Positions 1 to 10,700 of a DNA stretch of 64,000 nucleotides are shown here, one piece after another (positions within the stretch are counted from its first letter, which is position 1; each line of letters starts with the position of its first letter). The DNA is from Escherichia phage REP4. Both the position numbers and the translations under genes were made by a program. The DNA lies in sequence record OQ174503.1. The stretch is one strand, 5' to 3'. The notes beneath the pieces are model-generated. The model was not told where the DNA came from. It saw only the letters and a program-made list of their open reading frames with translations, and did no database searches.

Positions 1-626
1 ATAATAGGAGTTGGCAATGAAATCTGTCGAGTAGATACTGCTTCATAAAAACGAATAACATGTTTTAATCTATCAACAGGTTCATCTTGATGCAATGCCA
101 TTCCAATAGTCATAAATGCAAACTGTGGAGTTTCATAAATTTGACCAGTGGTTTTATCTTTAACGAGATATTTTTCTTTTAATTGCATCGCCCCGGAATA
201 AGTAAATTCCATATCCCGCTCGTGCTTAATTTTTGATTCTAAAAATGTAATTTCTTCTGCAGAATATTTTGACAACAATTCAGGGTCATATTTACCTTCA
301 TTTACACAGTAAGAAATATGGTCAATAAATGAACGTGGTTCATATTGCCCGTAAACATGCTTACGAAGAGCGAACATTAAACAGCGTGCAGCTACATATT
401 GATAATCAGGCTCTTCAACTGAAATAGAATTCGCAGCAGCCTTAATGACAATGGTTTGAATGTCATCAGTTGTCATTCCATCACGGAGATATGATTTAAT
501 ATTTTCATATAATTCATAAGGATCTACAGATGTTCCTTCAGCTGCCCAAGATAAAACTTTAATAATTTTTTGCGGGTCAAAGCTCTGAGAAACACCACTA
601 CTTTTGATAACATTAATTAATTGCAT
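1..626 (-). CDS. nrdA: Ribonucleotide reductase large subunit NrdA, N-terminal part (ATP-cone); 3-prime end lies beyond window start
   Basis: Minus-strand frame open from ATG at 624-626 to position 1; translation [31 protein letters not shown] matches T4 NrdA N-terminus; RBS GAGGA upstream. Confidence 0.9.
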   Translation of the reverse strand, partial: MQLINVIKSSGVSQSFDPQKIIKVLSWAAEGTSVDPYELYENIKSYLRDGMTTDDIQTIVIKAAANSISVEEPDYQYVAARCLMFALRKHVYGQYEPRSFIDHISYCVNEGKYDPELLSKYSAEEITFLESKIKHERDMEFTYSGAMQLKEKYLVKDKTTGQIYETPQFAFMTIGMALHQDEPVDRLKHVIRFYEAVSTRQISLPTPI

Positions 627-943
627 AAGTCCTCAACTTGAAAATCGTCTTTAAACAATCGGTTAACTATATGGGCTATTATATCACCATGACACGGCTT
701 TGGTTTACATGTGCATCCTAGCCTCATTCCACGTAAAGGCTCTAAATGTGCTTTAGTTATTTCTCCGGATTTAATTCGACGTATAAAATCTTTTTTGAAT
801 AATTCAATGGCAGCCTCCCGGCTGCCAGCATCTTTACCGACGTAATTTCCCCAAAATGTACCACGGTGAATATTAACATCAAAGTCGGATTTATATTTAT
901 TCACTACCCGGCATAGACGGCCCGCGCGGTAATAGTTCGTCAT
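617..943 (-). CDS. Hypothetical 108-aa protein with C-x-C-x4-C-H-x-D motif (nrdA.1 position)
   Basis: ORF track; stop overlaps nrdA start; Cys/His cluster [11 protein letters not shown]. Confidence 0.6.
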   Translation of the reverse strand: MTNYYRAGRLCRVVNKYKSDFDVNIHRGTFWGNYVGKDAGSREAAIELFKKDFIRRIKSGEITKAHLEPLRGMRLGCTCKPKPCHGDIIAHIVNRLFKDDFQVEDLCN

Positions 944-1160
944 ATTGTTTTTCCGTTAAAACAGTAATATCATAATAACAATCTGAAGAAGTTTTAACTG
1001 TAGAAATTTTATTATCAAAATACTCACGAGTCATTTTATGAGTATAATATTTTTTGCCATAAATGATAATAGGCTGTTCTGGCCCTGGAACTTCCAGTTC
1101 ACTTGGATTAGGAAGTGTAAAAAGAACAACACCAGAAGTATCCTTAAATCGTAAAATCAT
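897..1160 (-). CDS. Hypothetical 87-aa protein (nrdA.2 position)
   Basis: ORF track 897..1172 begins with TTG; first ATG (MILRFKD) at 1160 preceded by GAGAGGA RBS. Confidence 0.5.
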   Translation of the reverse strand: MILRFKDTSGVVLFTLPNPSELEVPGPEQPIIIYGKKYYTHKMTREYFDNKISTVKTSSDCYYDITVLTEKQYDELLPRGPSMPGSE

Positions 1161-1183
1161 ATATCCTCTCAATTAAATTAAAA

Positions 1184-2043
1184 TTACACCGCCATCTTTC
1201 CTTTCAAGACACCATGGGACTGATAATCTTTGAGAACGAAATCTCGTGCTGTCATATATTCAGTTAACCAATACATTTGAGTTTCAGTATCGCATTGACT
1301 GAATCCATTAGGCCAATTAATACTAAGTTTGCATAGATCCATAGGAGTTCTATTTAATATCTCTTTGCATTGCTCAATATGGTTAGAATAAATGTGTGTA
1401 TTACCACCCGAGAATACCAAATCGCCCGGAACTAGTTCACACATGTCAGCAACAATATGTAAAAGAGCAGCATAACTCGCGATGTTAAATGGAAGACCGA
1501 GGAAAACATCTACCGAACGTTGATACCATTGTAGGTCAAGGTATCCGTTACGCACATTAAACTGATAGAACATATGACAAGGTGGTAATGCCATCTGCTT
1601 GAGTTCAGCTGGATTCCATGCCGACACAATTTGACGTCTATCATTGGGAAATGTTTTAATACGATTAACAACTTCTACAATTTGATCTACACCACCAAAA
1701 TCACGCCACTGTTTTCCGTAAATTGGACCAAGTTCACCGCTATGATAACCTAAGTCTTTGGCCTGGTTTTCGTAGTTTTCATCCCAAATTGTTTTTCCTG
1801 CAATTAAAGATCCATGAGTACGTTGACGTAAATCATTTACGTTAGTACTTCCTGATAAGAACCACAATAACTCAGAAATACATGCATTCCAGGCGAGCTT
1901 CTTAGTCGTTACTGCAGGAAAACCTTTAGTTAAATCCCAGCGTAATTTAGTACCGAACAAAGCAATTGTTCCTGTGCCTGTTCGGTCATCGGTTTCATAG
2001 CCATTTTCCAGAATATCTTTAATTAAAAATTGGTATTGTTTCA

Positions 2044-2044
<1 letters not shown>
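1184..2044 (-). CDS. td: Thymidylate synthase, intron-less, 286 aa
   Basis: ORF track; ATG at M5 (MKQYQF) gives T4 Td length; conserved TS core (PPCH, DLQWYQRSVD, LGLPFNIASYA); uninterrupted reading frame. Confidence 0.95.
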
Positions 2045-3073
<1,029 letters not shown>

Positions 3074-3081
3074 ATTATCTC

Positions 3082-3417
3082 CTAATATAAAGGATCGGGA
3101 ACATATCCACTGGCTTTAATCATTTTGATTAACGTTAGCAGTCCTTTATTAACTGCTTGTGAGATTTCATTAAAAACTTCATCACTAAAAAGTTCTAACA
3201 CTCCCTTCTGAACTTTTAATTTACAACCAACAATTTCGTCATCGCCTATAGTAAATTCGTTTCCGCCAATTCCACCGAAAAACTTAATTACACCAGTTAA
3301 CTGTGTTCCACGAGAATATGGGTCGTGTGATAAAGTAATATGAGTCACCCCAGGTACAGTTTTAAATTGGCAGCGAATGTTTACTTGGGAAATTCCAGTT
3401 ACATGAATGTCAGACAT
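3082..3417 (-). CDS. Hypothetical 111-aa protein
   Basis: ORF track; ATG start with RBS GAGGAAAAT. Confidence 0.6.
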   Translation of the reverse strand: MSDIHVTGISQVNIRCQFKTVPGVTHITLSHDPYSRGTQLTGVIKFFGGIGGNEFTIGDDEIVGCKLKVQKGVLELFSDEVFNEISQAVNKGLLTLIKMIKASGYVPDPLY

Positions 3418-3427
3418 AATATTTTCC

Positions 3428-3670
3428 TCAGACAGACTTTTTCACAATTTTCCAATCAGCTTTAAACTGTTCAACGTCAGAATGATAAATCCAAAATCCT
3501 GCGCTTTCTCCATCCTCATAAAGAGGGCATCCATCACATTCATCTTCCCATCCCATATCACGTAAAAGATGTTCAGCTTTTTCAACAAGTTCAGAATCTT
3601 TACCGATGATATTAAAATACCATTTACCTCTAACTTCTGAATCTTTGATGCTCTGGCGTTGTAATCTCAT
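3428..3670 (-). CDS. Hypothetical 80-aa protein
   Basis: ORF track; preceded by early promoter 3696-3725. Confidence 0.6.
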   Translation of the reverse strand: MRLQRQSIKDSEVRGKWYFNIIGKDSELVEKAEHLLRDMGWEDECDGCPLYEDGESAGFWIYHSDVEQFKADWKIVKKSV

Positions 3671-3695
3671 TTTATTCTCCTTAGTTGATAGGGTA

Positions 3696-3725
3696 ATAGT
3701 ATCACACTACTACCCTTCTGTAAAC
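3696..3725 (-). promoter_or_regulatory. Early promoter (GTTTAC, 18 nt, TACTAT)
   Basis: Minus-strand GTTTAC at 3720-3725, upstream of ORF 3428..3670. Confidence 0.6.
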
Positions 3726-4105
3726 TACTTTTTGAAAGTTTTTCGCAAAAGTTCAATGATTTCATCTACATTGTTTTCGTCTACAATGCAGTGAATTTTT
3801 GTTACGCCAGAAACCTTATCTTCGATTTCATCTTCTTCAGAAGTCGGTTCTTTATACTCACGAAAACAATGAAATTCGTCTTCGCAAATTTCTAAAAGTC
3901 TATCTTTGAGATAAAAATGCTTTCCATTTGCACATTCAATGTGTTTTACTGCTTTGTATCCATTGGCGACGGAAACTTCTTTAACTTCAAACCATCCGCC
4001 ATTATCTCGAATAGCTTTAACTATTGATGAATTAGAACGTGGACTATAATTAATAAATGTATCAATAAGTCTTGGAACAAGTTCATACTTTCTACCAGTA
4101 TACAT
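3725..4105 (-). CDS. Hypothetical 126-aa protein with C-x5-H and C-x5-H-C pairs
   Basis: ORF track; ATG with RBS GAGGAAAAC. Confidence 0.6.
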   Translation of the reverse strand: MYTGRKYELVPRLIDTFINYSPRSNSSIVKAIRDNGGWFEVKEVSVANGYKAVKHIECANGKHFYLKDRLLEICEDEFHCFREYKEPTSEEDEIEDKVSGVTKIHCIVDENNVDEIIELLRKTFKK

Positions 4106-4149
4106 TGCGTTTTCCTCATTTTAATAGGGGCTTGATAGCCCCTTGATAA

Positions 4150-4377
4150 TTACTGCTCAATAAATCCTGTGTAAAATTCTACATCTTCAGCATCCATACC
4201 GTCACAATATTCATTAACCATAAATTGTTTAAGACGATTTAAAGGACCTTCAATAACAACTGAAACATTGCAATTAGGATCATTTAGTGCGCTTATGATA
4301 CGGAGTTCAGGATAACGATTACGAATAATTTCTTCAATATATTCAAAATCAACAACATCAATATCAATTTTAGCCAT
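4150..4377 (-). CDS. Hypothetical 75-aa acidic protein (MAKIDIDVV...)
   Basis: ORF track 4150..4503 shortened to internal ATG with RBS; upstream part is read-through of promoter/terminator DNA. Confidence 0.6.
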   Translation of the reverse strand: MAKIDIDVVDFEYIEEIIRNRYPELRIISALNDPNCNVSVVIEGPLNRLKQFMVNEYCDGMDAEDVEFYTGFIEQ

Positions 4378-4420
4378 GTTATTTTCCTCTTTAATCATCA
4401 GCAGTATTGCCGATAGTTGT

Positions 4421-4450
4421 ATAGTACCATAAAGCTTTATGCTTGTAAAC
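4421..4450 (-). promoter_or_regulatory. Early promoter (GTTTAC, 18 nt, TACTAT)
   Basis: Minus-strand GTTTAC at 4445-4450 with A-rich upstream block; directly after the gene 32 terminator. Confidence 0.7.
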
Positions 4451-4474
4451 CGTTTTGTGAAAAAAATTTTTGAA

Positions 4475-4501
4475 ATAAAAAAGGGGACCTCTAGGGTCCC
4501 C
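4475..4501 (-). terminator. Gene 32 terminator GGGGACC-CTAG-AGGTCCCC plus U-run
   Basis: 7-bp perfect stem followed by a T-run on the minus strand, 22 nt after gene 32 stop. Confidence 0.8.
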
Positions 4502-4523
4502 AATTAATTAATAATATAATCTA

Positions 4524-5432
4524 TTAAAGATCATTCAAAAGGTCATCCAGGTCCGTGTCATCAGCACTAGATGAACTGCCAGAGCTTGAGCTCATAAAAT
4601 CATCTTCAGTTTTTGTTTTGAAGTCATCAACATTGAATGCATCCAAATCATCAGCAACTTTATCAGCTTTCTTAGCGGCAGTTGCTGCGGCACCACCCAT
4701 AGCAGCAGTTCCCATAACTTGACTGAACTTAGTGCTCAGTTCTTCAAACGATTTGAATTTATCTTTAGAAGTCATTTCAGAAAGGTCAACCATTTGTTCG
4801 AACAGTTCTTTCTGGAAAGATTCATCATCAATGTTTGGAATCGCAGATTGATTCAGGAATTTAGATTCGTCGTAGTTACTAAAACCAGAAACTTGTTTAA
4901 CTTTCAGTACAAAGTTAGCACCTTCCCACGGACAAGTTACATCAACCGGAGTTTCACCCATTTCAACATCAACTGCAATCATTGCATTGATTTTATCCCA
5001 GATTTTCTTACCGAAACGGTATTTAAATACTTTACCTTCATTTTCTGGAGCAGCTGGGTCTTTTACTACAAGAATGTTAGCCCAGTAAGAAGTTTTACGT
5101 TTAACAAGACCGTACTCTTTATTGTCAGTGTTATACAAATCATTTTTACTGATGTACTGACATACTGGACAAGAATCGTAATCACCGTGGGTAGATGAAC
5201 AGTTTTCAATATACCATTTACCATTTTTCTTGAAACCGTGATTTACAAGAATTGCGAATGGTGCTTGTTCATCATTTTTAGACGGAAGAAAACGAATTAC
5301 TGCTTGACCGTTACCCGCATTGTCGAGTTTCAGTTTCCACTCGCCTTTATCTTCAGAAGAAAAACCACCTTTATTTCCAGCCAGTTTAGCCATTTGTGCA
5401 GCGAGTTCAGCAGTAGATTTACGTTTAAACAT
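4524..5432 (-). CDS. 32: Single-stranded DNA-binding protein gp32
   Basis: ORF track; near-identical to T4 gp32 ([17 protein letters not shown]..., zinc site, acidic C-terminus [12 protein letters not shown]). Confidence 0.97.
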   Translation of the reverse strand: MFKRKSTAELAAQMAKLAGNKGGFSSEDKGEWKLKLDNAGNGQAVIRFLPSKNDEQAPFAILVNHGFKKNGKWYIENCSSTHGDYDSCPVCQYISKNDLYNTDNKEYGLVKRKTSYWANILVVKDPAAPENEGKVFKYRFGKKIWDKINAMIAVDVEMGETPVDVTCPWEGANFVLKVKQVSGFSNYDESKFLNQSAIPNIDDESFQKELFEQMVDLSEMTSKDKFKSFEELSTKFSQVMGTAAMGGAAATAAKKADKVADDLDAFNVDDFKTKTEDDFMSSSSGSSSSADDTDLDDLLNDL

Positions 5433-5515
5433 TTTTATTTCCTTTTTAATTTAATTAACAGTTGGTGCTATGACGATGTATGACCTCATAGCTGGTCAGT
5501 GAGATAATTATAATC
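5433..5515 (-). promoter_or_regulatory. Gene 32 mRNA leader with autoregulatory translational operator (pseudoknot region)
   Basis: Minus-strand leader contains GUGAGAUAAUUAUCUCACUGACCAGCUAUGAGGUCAUACAUCGUCAUAGCACC, matching the known T4 gene 32 pseudoknot/operator. Confidence 0.7.
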
Positions 5516-5523
5516 TATTTATA
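5516..5523 (-). promoter_or_regulatory. Late promoter box TATAAATA upstream of gene 32
   Basis: Exact TATAAATA on minus strand, about 84 nt upstream of the gene 32 ATG. Confidence 0.6.
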
Positions 5524-5531
5524 ATAAGCAA

Positions 5532-6185
5532 TTAATACTTACAAGATTTCACAGTTTCAATGAAAACACTTTTGGCTTTCTGTGAATCAATATTTAAAAT
5601 TTTTCTATAAGCTTTTAACTTTATAGAATAATTATTCCAGACTAAATTATCAGTCTGTTCATCATGTTTATCAATTATATTTAAAAACGAATCAAGCAAG
5701 ATAAACGTCTCAAACGAAATTATATTCGATTGAAGTAGTTTAAAAATATAACTTGATTGAACTTTTGGATTATATTCAAAAATTTCTTTAAAAGCAGAAA
5801 CTTCAACTTTTTTACTAAAATAATAAATGTTGCGAATATCTTCTTCAAACTTAAATTTAATTTGCTTTAAGCGTCCGATATATTCACGATAAAACACAAG
5901 TGCATCAGCGTCAGAGATGTCACCAATCCAAGCATCTTGGTTAGCAACAAGATTGCTTATAAAGATTAAAGCAAGTTCCTTTAATTTATATTTTTCTGAT
6001 AACTTCTGGAAAAAATACTTATCCCTTCGCTTTTGATAAGCGGCATCAGACACCCGCATGCACCAATTATACTTAATTACATCATACTTTCCATTCATAT
6101 GTTGTTTTATCATTAAGTATAATTTATAAACTGATTTACCATCAATGTATCTTTCACCACCAGCAGGCATGCGGAGTTTAATCAT
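5532..6185 (-). CDS. 59: Helicase loading protein gp59
   Basis: ORF track; 217 aa, matches T4 gp59 (MIKLRMPAGGERYIDGKSVYKLYLMIKQHMNGKYDVIKYNW). Confidence 0.93.
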   Translation of the reverse strand: MIKLRMPAGGERYIDGKSVYKLYLMIKQHMNGKYDVIKYNWCMRVSDAAYQKRRDKYFFQKLSEKYKLKELALIFISNLVANQDAWIGDISDADALVFYREYIGRLKQIKFKFEEDIRNIYYFSKKVEVSAFKEIFEYNPKVQSSYIFKLLQSNIISFETFILLDSFLNIIDKHDEQTDNLVWNNYSIKLKAYRKILNIDSQKAKSVFIETVKSCKY

Positions 6186-6520
6186 AGTAGAAAATCTAAT
6201 GTATTAGTTTTTTCACAACGAACAACAGAAGGACGTAAAAGATTTTCGTCAATAGCTTCTGACTGAATTTTTTCAATTATACCTGAAGGAATAAATTTAG
6301 CAAATTGAGTTTCAGGAATAGAATTTTCTTCTAAGAATGCTGTTGTAGCTTCAAGATAACTCATTCCAAACTCTTCTACCATTTTTTCAATAATAAATCC
6401 ATTTTCTTGGCGGTCAAGAAGTTTTGCTATTTCATCCTTTTCTTTCTTAATTGAAAGTTCTTTTTCTGAAAGACCGGTCTCATCGACCGGACGAATATCA
6501 TTTAGAGAAAACTGTGTCAT
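6182..6520 (-). CDS. 33: Late transcription co-activator gp33, 112 aa
   Basis: ORF track start is TTG; ATG at MTQFSLNDIRPVDETG; overlaps 59 start. Confidence 0.9.
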   Translation of the reverse strand: MTQFSLNDIRPVDETGLSEKELSIKKEKDEIAKLLDRQENGFIIEKMVEEFGMSYLEATTAFLEENSIPETQFAKFIPSGIIEKIQSEAIDENLLRPSVVRCEKTNTLDFLL

Positions 6521-6767
6521 AAAGTTCAACTACCTCTTCAGTTTCAGCTTCAAACACATCACGGTTATCTTTATGATACAAAGCTAACAAACGATTAAAC
6601 ATCTTGCCATCAACACCAAGTTCATCTTTGGCACGAATTCGAATATCTTTAATCAATTCATTATAACCAGAAATTTTCAGTTTATGGTCAGATGCTTCTT
6701 TAATAAATTTAGCTAAATCTTCGCCGTGGATAGCTTCATCAAATTCAACCATTTCTTTTTTAGCCAT
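6498..6767 (-). CDS. dsbA: Double-stranded DNA-binding protein DsbA, 89 aa
   Basis: ORF track; position between 33 and rnh; sequence MAKKEMVEFDEAIHGEDLAKFIKEASDHKLKISGYNELIKDI. Confidence 0.88.
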   Translation of the reverse strand: MAKKEMVEFDEAIHGEDLAKFIKEASDHKLKISGYNELIKDIRIRAKDELGVDGKMFNRLLALYHKDNRDVFEAETEEVVELYDTVFSK

Positions 6768-6775
6768 TATTCACC

Positions 6776-7693
6776 TCAAAATTCGTTAATGCTATTAGTT
6801 AATTTAGAAAGACCCGCTTTTACAAAATATGAATAAATTTTGCCACGCGGTGGTAATTTATATGAATTATAGTAATTCACAATGTTTGAAGCAATATTAT
6901 CAGGAATATAATCAAAATCAATTAGAACTAAATTTTCTTTATATCGATTATATTCAGATTCAGTGAGAAGCACCTTAGCTTGCTCGCGGTCATTAGCAAT
7001 AGCTTCAACAATAGAGGTTTTCATTGAAGGAGTTCGTTCACCTTCAACTCTGGTAAACCAAAAGTCAGATCGTACTTTAACTGAAGCAACGTTATCCTTT
7101 TTGTCGCCTTTAAGGATTTTAGTCATACAGTCAATTTCAGCAGAACCGCTTTTAATTTTAACCCATTTCTTGTGCATCGGTGACCATTGCTTAACATTTG
7201 GATATTTGTGAAGTTGAGTAAAGTCACCATCCGATGAAATGATTAAAATTTTATGTCCTTCTAAGGAGAACTTTTTAACAAGCACGGCAATATGGTCATC
7301 TGCTTCATACTTATCAATATCCATAACAATGTATGGCATATAAGCTTTCAATTCATCTATAACTTTATGACTGGATTCAAAATAACCTTCCCAGTCCCAA
7401 GTAGATTCTTCTCGTGCTTTTCCACGGTTTTTCTTATAATAATAAGCGAAATCACGACGCCAGTATCCAGATTTCGCGTTATCAATACACAATACAATCT
7501 TAGTGTATCCAAGAGTTTTTGCTTTTTTGACATTAAACTTAATTGAGTTCAATATCAAATGACGAACCATTGATAAATTAATTTTTTCTTTATCTGGGAA
7601 GTTTACTAGAGCAGTTGAAAGCGCAATTTGACTAAAGTCAATTAAGCAGATTCCTTCTTTGTAATCTTCATCCAGCATCATTTCTAAATCCAT
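6776..7693 (-). CDS. rnh: RNase H (5-prime to 3-prime exonuclease/flap endonuclease), 305 aa
   Basis: ORF track start is TTG; ATG at MDLEMMLDEDYKEG; FEN-family acidic motifs. Confidence 0.93.
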   Translation of the reverse strand: MDLEMMLDEDYKEGICLIDFSQIALSTALVNFPDKEKINLSMVRHLILNSIKFNVKKAKTLGYTKIVLCIDNAKSGYWRRDFAYYYKKNRGKAREESTWDWEGYFESSHKVIDELKAYMPYIVMDIDKYEADDHIAVLVKKFSLEGHKILIISSDGDFTQLHKYPNVKQWSPMHKKWVKIKSGSAEIDCMTKILKGDKKDNVASVKVRSDFWFTRVEGERTPSMKTSIVEAIANDREQAKVLLTESEYNRYKENLVLIDFDYIPDNIASNIVNYYNSYKLPPRGKIYSYFVKAGLSKLTNSINEF

Positions 7694-7722
7694 ATGAACC
7701 TCGTTCAATTAGTGAGATTTCT

Positions 7723-7752
7723 ATTATATACTATCCAAATCTTAAAGTAAAC
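7723..7752 (-). promoter_or_regulatory. Early promoter for rnh (GTTTAC, 18 nt, TATAAT)
   Basis: Minus-strand GTTTAC at 7747-7752 and TATAAT at 7723-7728; abuts the plus-strand late promoter of gene 34. Confidence 0.6.
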
Positions 7753-7755
7753 AAG

Positions 7756-7763
7756 TATAAATA
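7756..7763 (+). promoter_or_regulatory. Late promoter box TATAAATA for gene 34
   Basis: Exact TATAAATA about 35 nt upstream of gene 34 ATG; RBS AGGAG. Confidence 0.8.
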
Positions 7764-7797
7764 CTTATTATTGAAAACACAATAGGAGCCCGGGAGA

Positions 7798-10700
7798 ATG
7801 GCCGAGATTAAAAGAAAGTTCAGAGCAGAAGACGGTCTGGACGCAGGTGGCGATAAAATAATCAACGTAGCTTTAGCTGATCGTACCGTAGGAACTGACG
7901 GTGTTAACGTTGATTACCTAATTCAAGAAAACACAGTTCAGCAATATGATCCAACTCGTGGATATTTAAAAGATTTTGTAATCATTTATGATAACCGCTT
8001 TTGGGCTGCTATAAATGATATTCCAAAACCGGCAGGAACTTTTAACAGTGGACGCTGGAGAGCATTGCGTACTGATGCTAACTGGATCACAGTCTCATCT
8101 GGTTCATATCAATTAAAATCCGGTGAAGCTATTTCGGTTAACACTGCAGCTGGTAATGATATTACGTTTACTTTACCATCTACTCCAATTGACGGTGATA
8201 CTATCGTTCTCCAAGACATTGGAGGAAAACCTGGGGTTAACCAAGTTTTAATTGTAGCTCCAGTGCAAAGTATTGTAAACTTCAGAGGTGAACAAGTACG
8301 TTCAGTACTAATGACTCATCCAAAGTCACAGTTAGTTTTAATTTTTAGTAATCGCCTGTGGCAAATGTATGTGGCTGATTATAGTAGAGAAGCTGTAGTT
8401 GTAACACCAGCGAATACTTATCAAGCGCAATCCAACGATTTTATCGTACGTAGATTTACTTCTGCTGCACCGATTAATATTAAACTTCCGAGATTTGCTA
8501 ATCACGGCGATATTATTAATTTCGTCGATTTGGATAAATTAAATCCACTTTATCATACAATTGTTACTACATACGATGAAACTACATCAGTACAAGAAGA
8601 TGGAACTCATTCTATTGAAGGCCGTACATCTATTGACGGTTTCTTGATGTATGATGATAATGAAAAATTGTGGAGATTGTTTGACGGAGACAACAAAGCA
8701 CGTTTACGTATCATAACGACTAATTCAAACATTCGTCCAAATGAAGAAGTTATGGTATTTGGTGCGAATAATGGAATAACTCAAACAATTGAACTCCAGC
8801 TTCCAACTAATATTTCTGTTGGTGATACTGTTAAAATTTCCATGAATTACATGAGAAAAGGACAAACAGTTAAAATCAAAGCTGCCGGTGAAGATAAAAT
8901 TGCTTCTTCAGTTCAATTGCTGCAGTTCCCAAAACGTTCAGAATATCCGCCTGAAGCTGAATGGGTAACTGTTCAAGAATTAGTTTTTAACGGTGAAACT
9001 AATTATGTTCCAGTTTTACAACTTGCTTATATAGAAGATTCTGACGGAAAATACTGGGTTGTACAGCAAAACGTTCCAACTGTAGAAAGAGTTGATTCTT
9101 TAAATGATTCTACTAGAGCAAGATTAGGCGTAATTGCTTTAGCTACACAAGCTCAAGCTAATGCTGATTTAGAAAATTCTCCACAAAAAGAATTAGCAAT
9201 TACTCCAGAAACATTAGCTAACCGTACTGCTACAGAAACTCGTAGAGGTATCGCAAGAATAGCAACTACTGCTCAAGTGAATCAGAACACTACATTCTCT
9301 TTTGCTGACGATATTATCATCACTCCTAAAAAGCTGAATGAAAGAACTGCTACAGAAACTCGTAGAGGTGTTGCTGAAATTGCTACGCAGCAGGAAACTA
9401 ATGCAGGTACTGATGATACTACAATCATCACTCCTAAAAAGCTTCAAGCTCGACAAGGTTCTGAGTCATTATCTGGTATTGTAACTTTTGTATCTACTAC
9501 AGGAGCTACTCCAGCTTCTAGTCGTGAATTAAATGGTACAAACGTTTATAATAAAAACACTAATAATTTAGTCGTTTCGCCTAAAGCTTTGGATCAGTAT
9601 AAAGCTACTCCAACGCAACAAGGTGCAGTAATTTTAGCAGTTGAAAGTGAAGTAATTGCTGGACAGAGTCAAGAAGGATGGGCAAATGCTGTTGTAACGC
9701 CAGAAACGTTACATAAAAAGACATCAACTGATGCAAGAATTGGTTTAATTGAAATTGCTACACAAAGTGAAGTTAATACAGGAACTGATTATACTCGTGC
9801 AGTCACTCCTAAAACTTTAAATGACCGTATAGCAACTGAAAGTTTAAGTGGTATAGCTGAAATTGCTACACAAGTTGAATTCGACGCAGGCGTCGACGAT
9901 ACTCGTATCTCTACACCATTAAAAATTAAAACCAGATTTAATAGTACTGATCGTACTTCTGTTGTTGCTCTATCTGGATTAGTTGAATCAGGAACTCTCT
10001 GGGACCATTATACCCTTAATATTCTTGAAGCAAATGAGACACAGCGTGGTACACTTCGTGTAGCTACACAAGTTGAAGCTGCTGCAGGAACATTGGATAA
10101 TGTTTTAATAACTCCTAAAAAGCTTTTAGGTACTAAATCTACTGAAGCACAGGAAGGTGTTATTAAAGTTGCGACTCAGTCTGAAACTGTGGCTGGAACG
10201 TCAGCAAATACTGCTGTATCTCCAAAAAATTTAAAATGGATTGTGCAGAGTGAACCTACTTGGGCAGCTACTACTGCAATAAGAGGCTTTGTTAAAACTT
10301 CATCTGGTTCAATTACATTCGTTGGTAATGATACAGTTGGTTCTACACAGAGCTTAGAGCTATACGAGAAAAATAGCTATGCAGTATCACCATATGAATT
10401 AAACCGTGTATTAGCAAATTATTTGCCGTTAAAAGCAAAAGCTGCTGACGCGAATTTATTAGATGGTCTAGATTCATCTCAGTTCATTCGTAGGGATATT
10501 GCACAGACGGTTAATGGTTCACTAACCTTAACCCAACAAACGAATCTGAATGCCCCTCTTGTATCATCTAGTACTGCTACGTTTGGTGGCTCGTTGGCTG
10601 CTAACTCCACATTTACTATACGTAACACAGGAACTCCGACCCGCATCGTTTTCGAAAAAGGTCCTGCATCCGGTGCAAACCCGGTTCAGTCAATGAGCAT

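Noticed and set aside
4378-4503. N-terminal extension of ORF 4150..4503 (and similar at 24890..25024, 25609..25707, 53050..53160)
   Set aside because: The extensions run through the early promoter and terminator; the shared peptide GTIQLS is a translation of the promoter repeat; internal ATGs with RBS are the likely starts.
4719-5198. 159-aa plus-strand ORF antisense to gene 32
   Set aside because: Lies wholly inside the highly conserved gene 32 on the opposite strand; low-complexity F/I/N-rich translation; no RBS.
9214-9456. 80-aa minus-strand ORF inside gene 34
   Set aside because: Antisense to a conserved structural gene; Ser/Cys-rich translation of the repeat region; no promoter or RBS.
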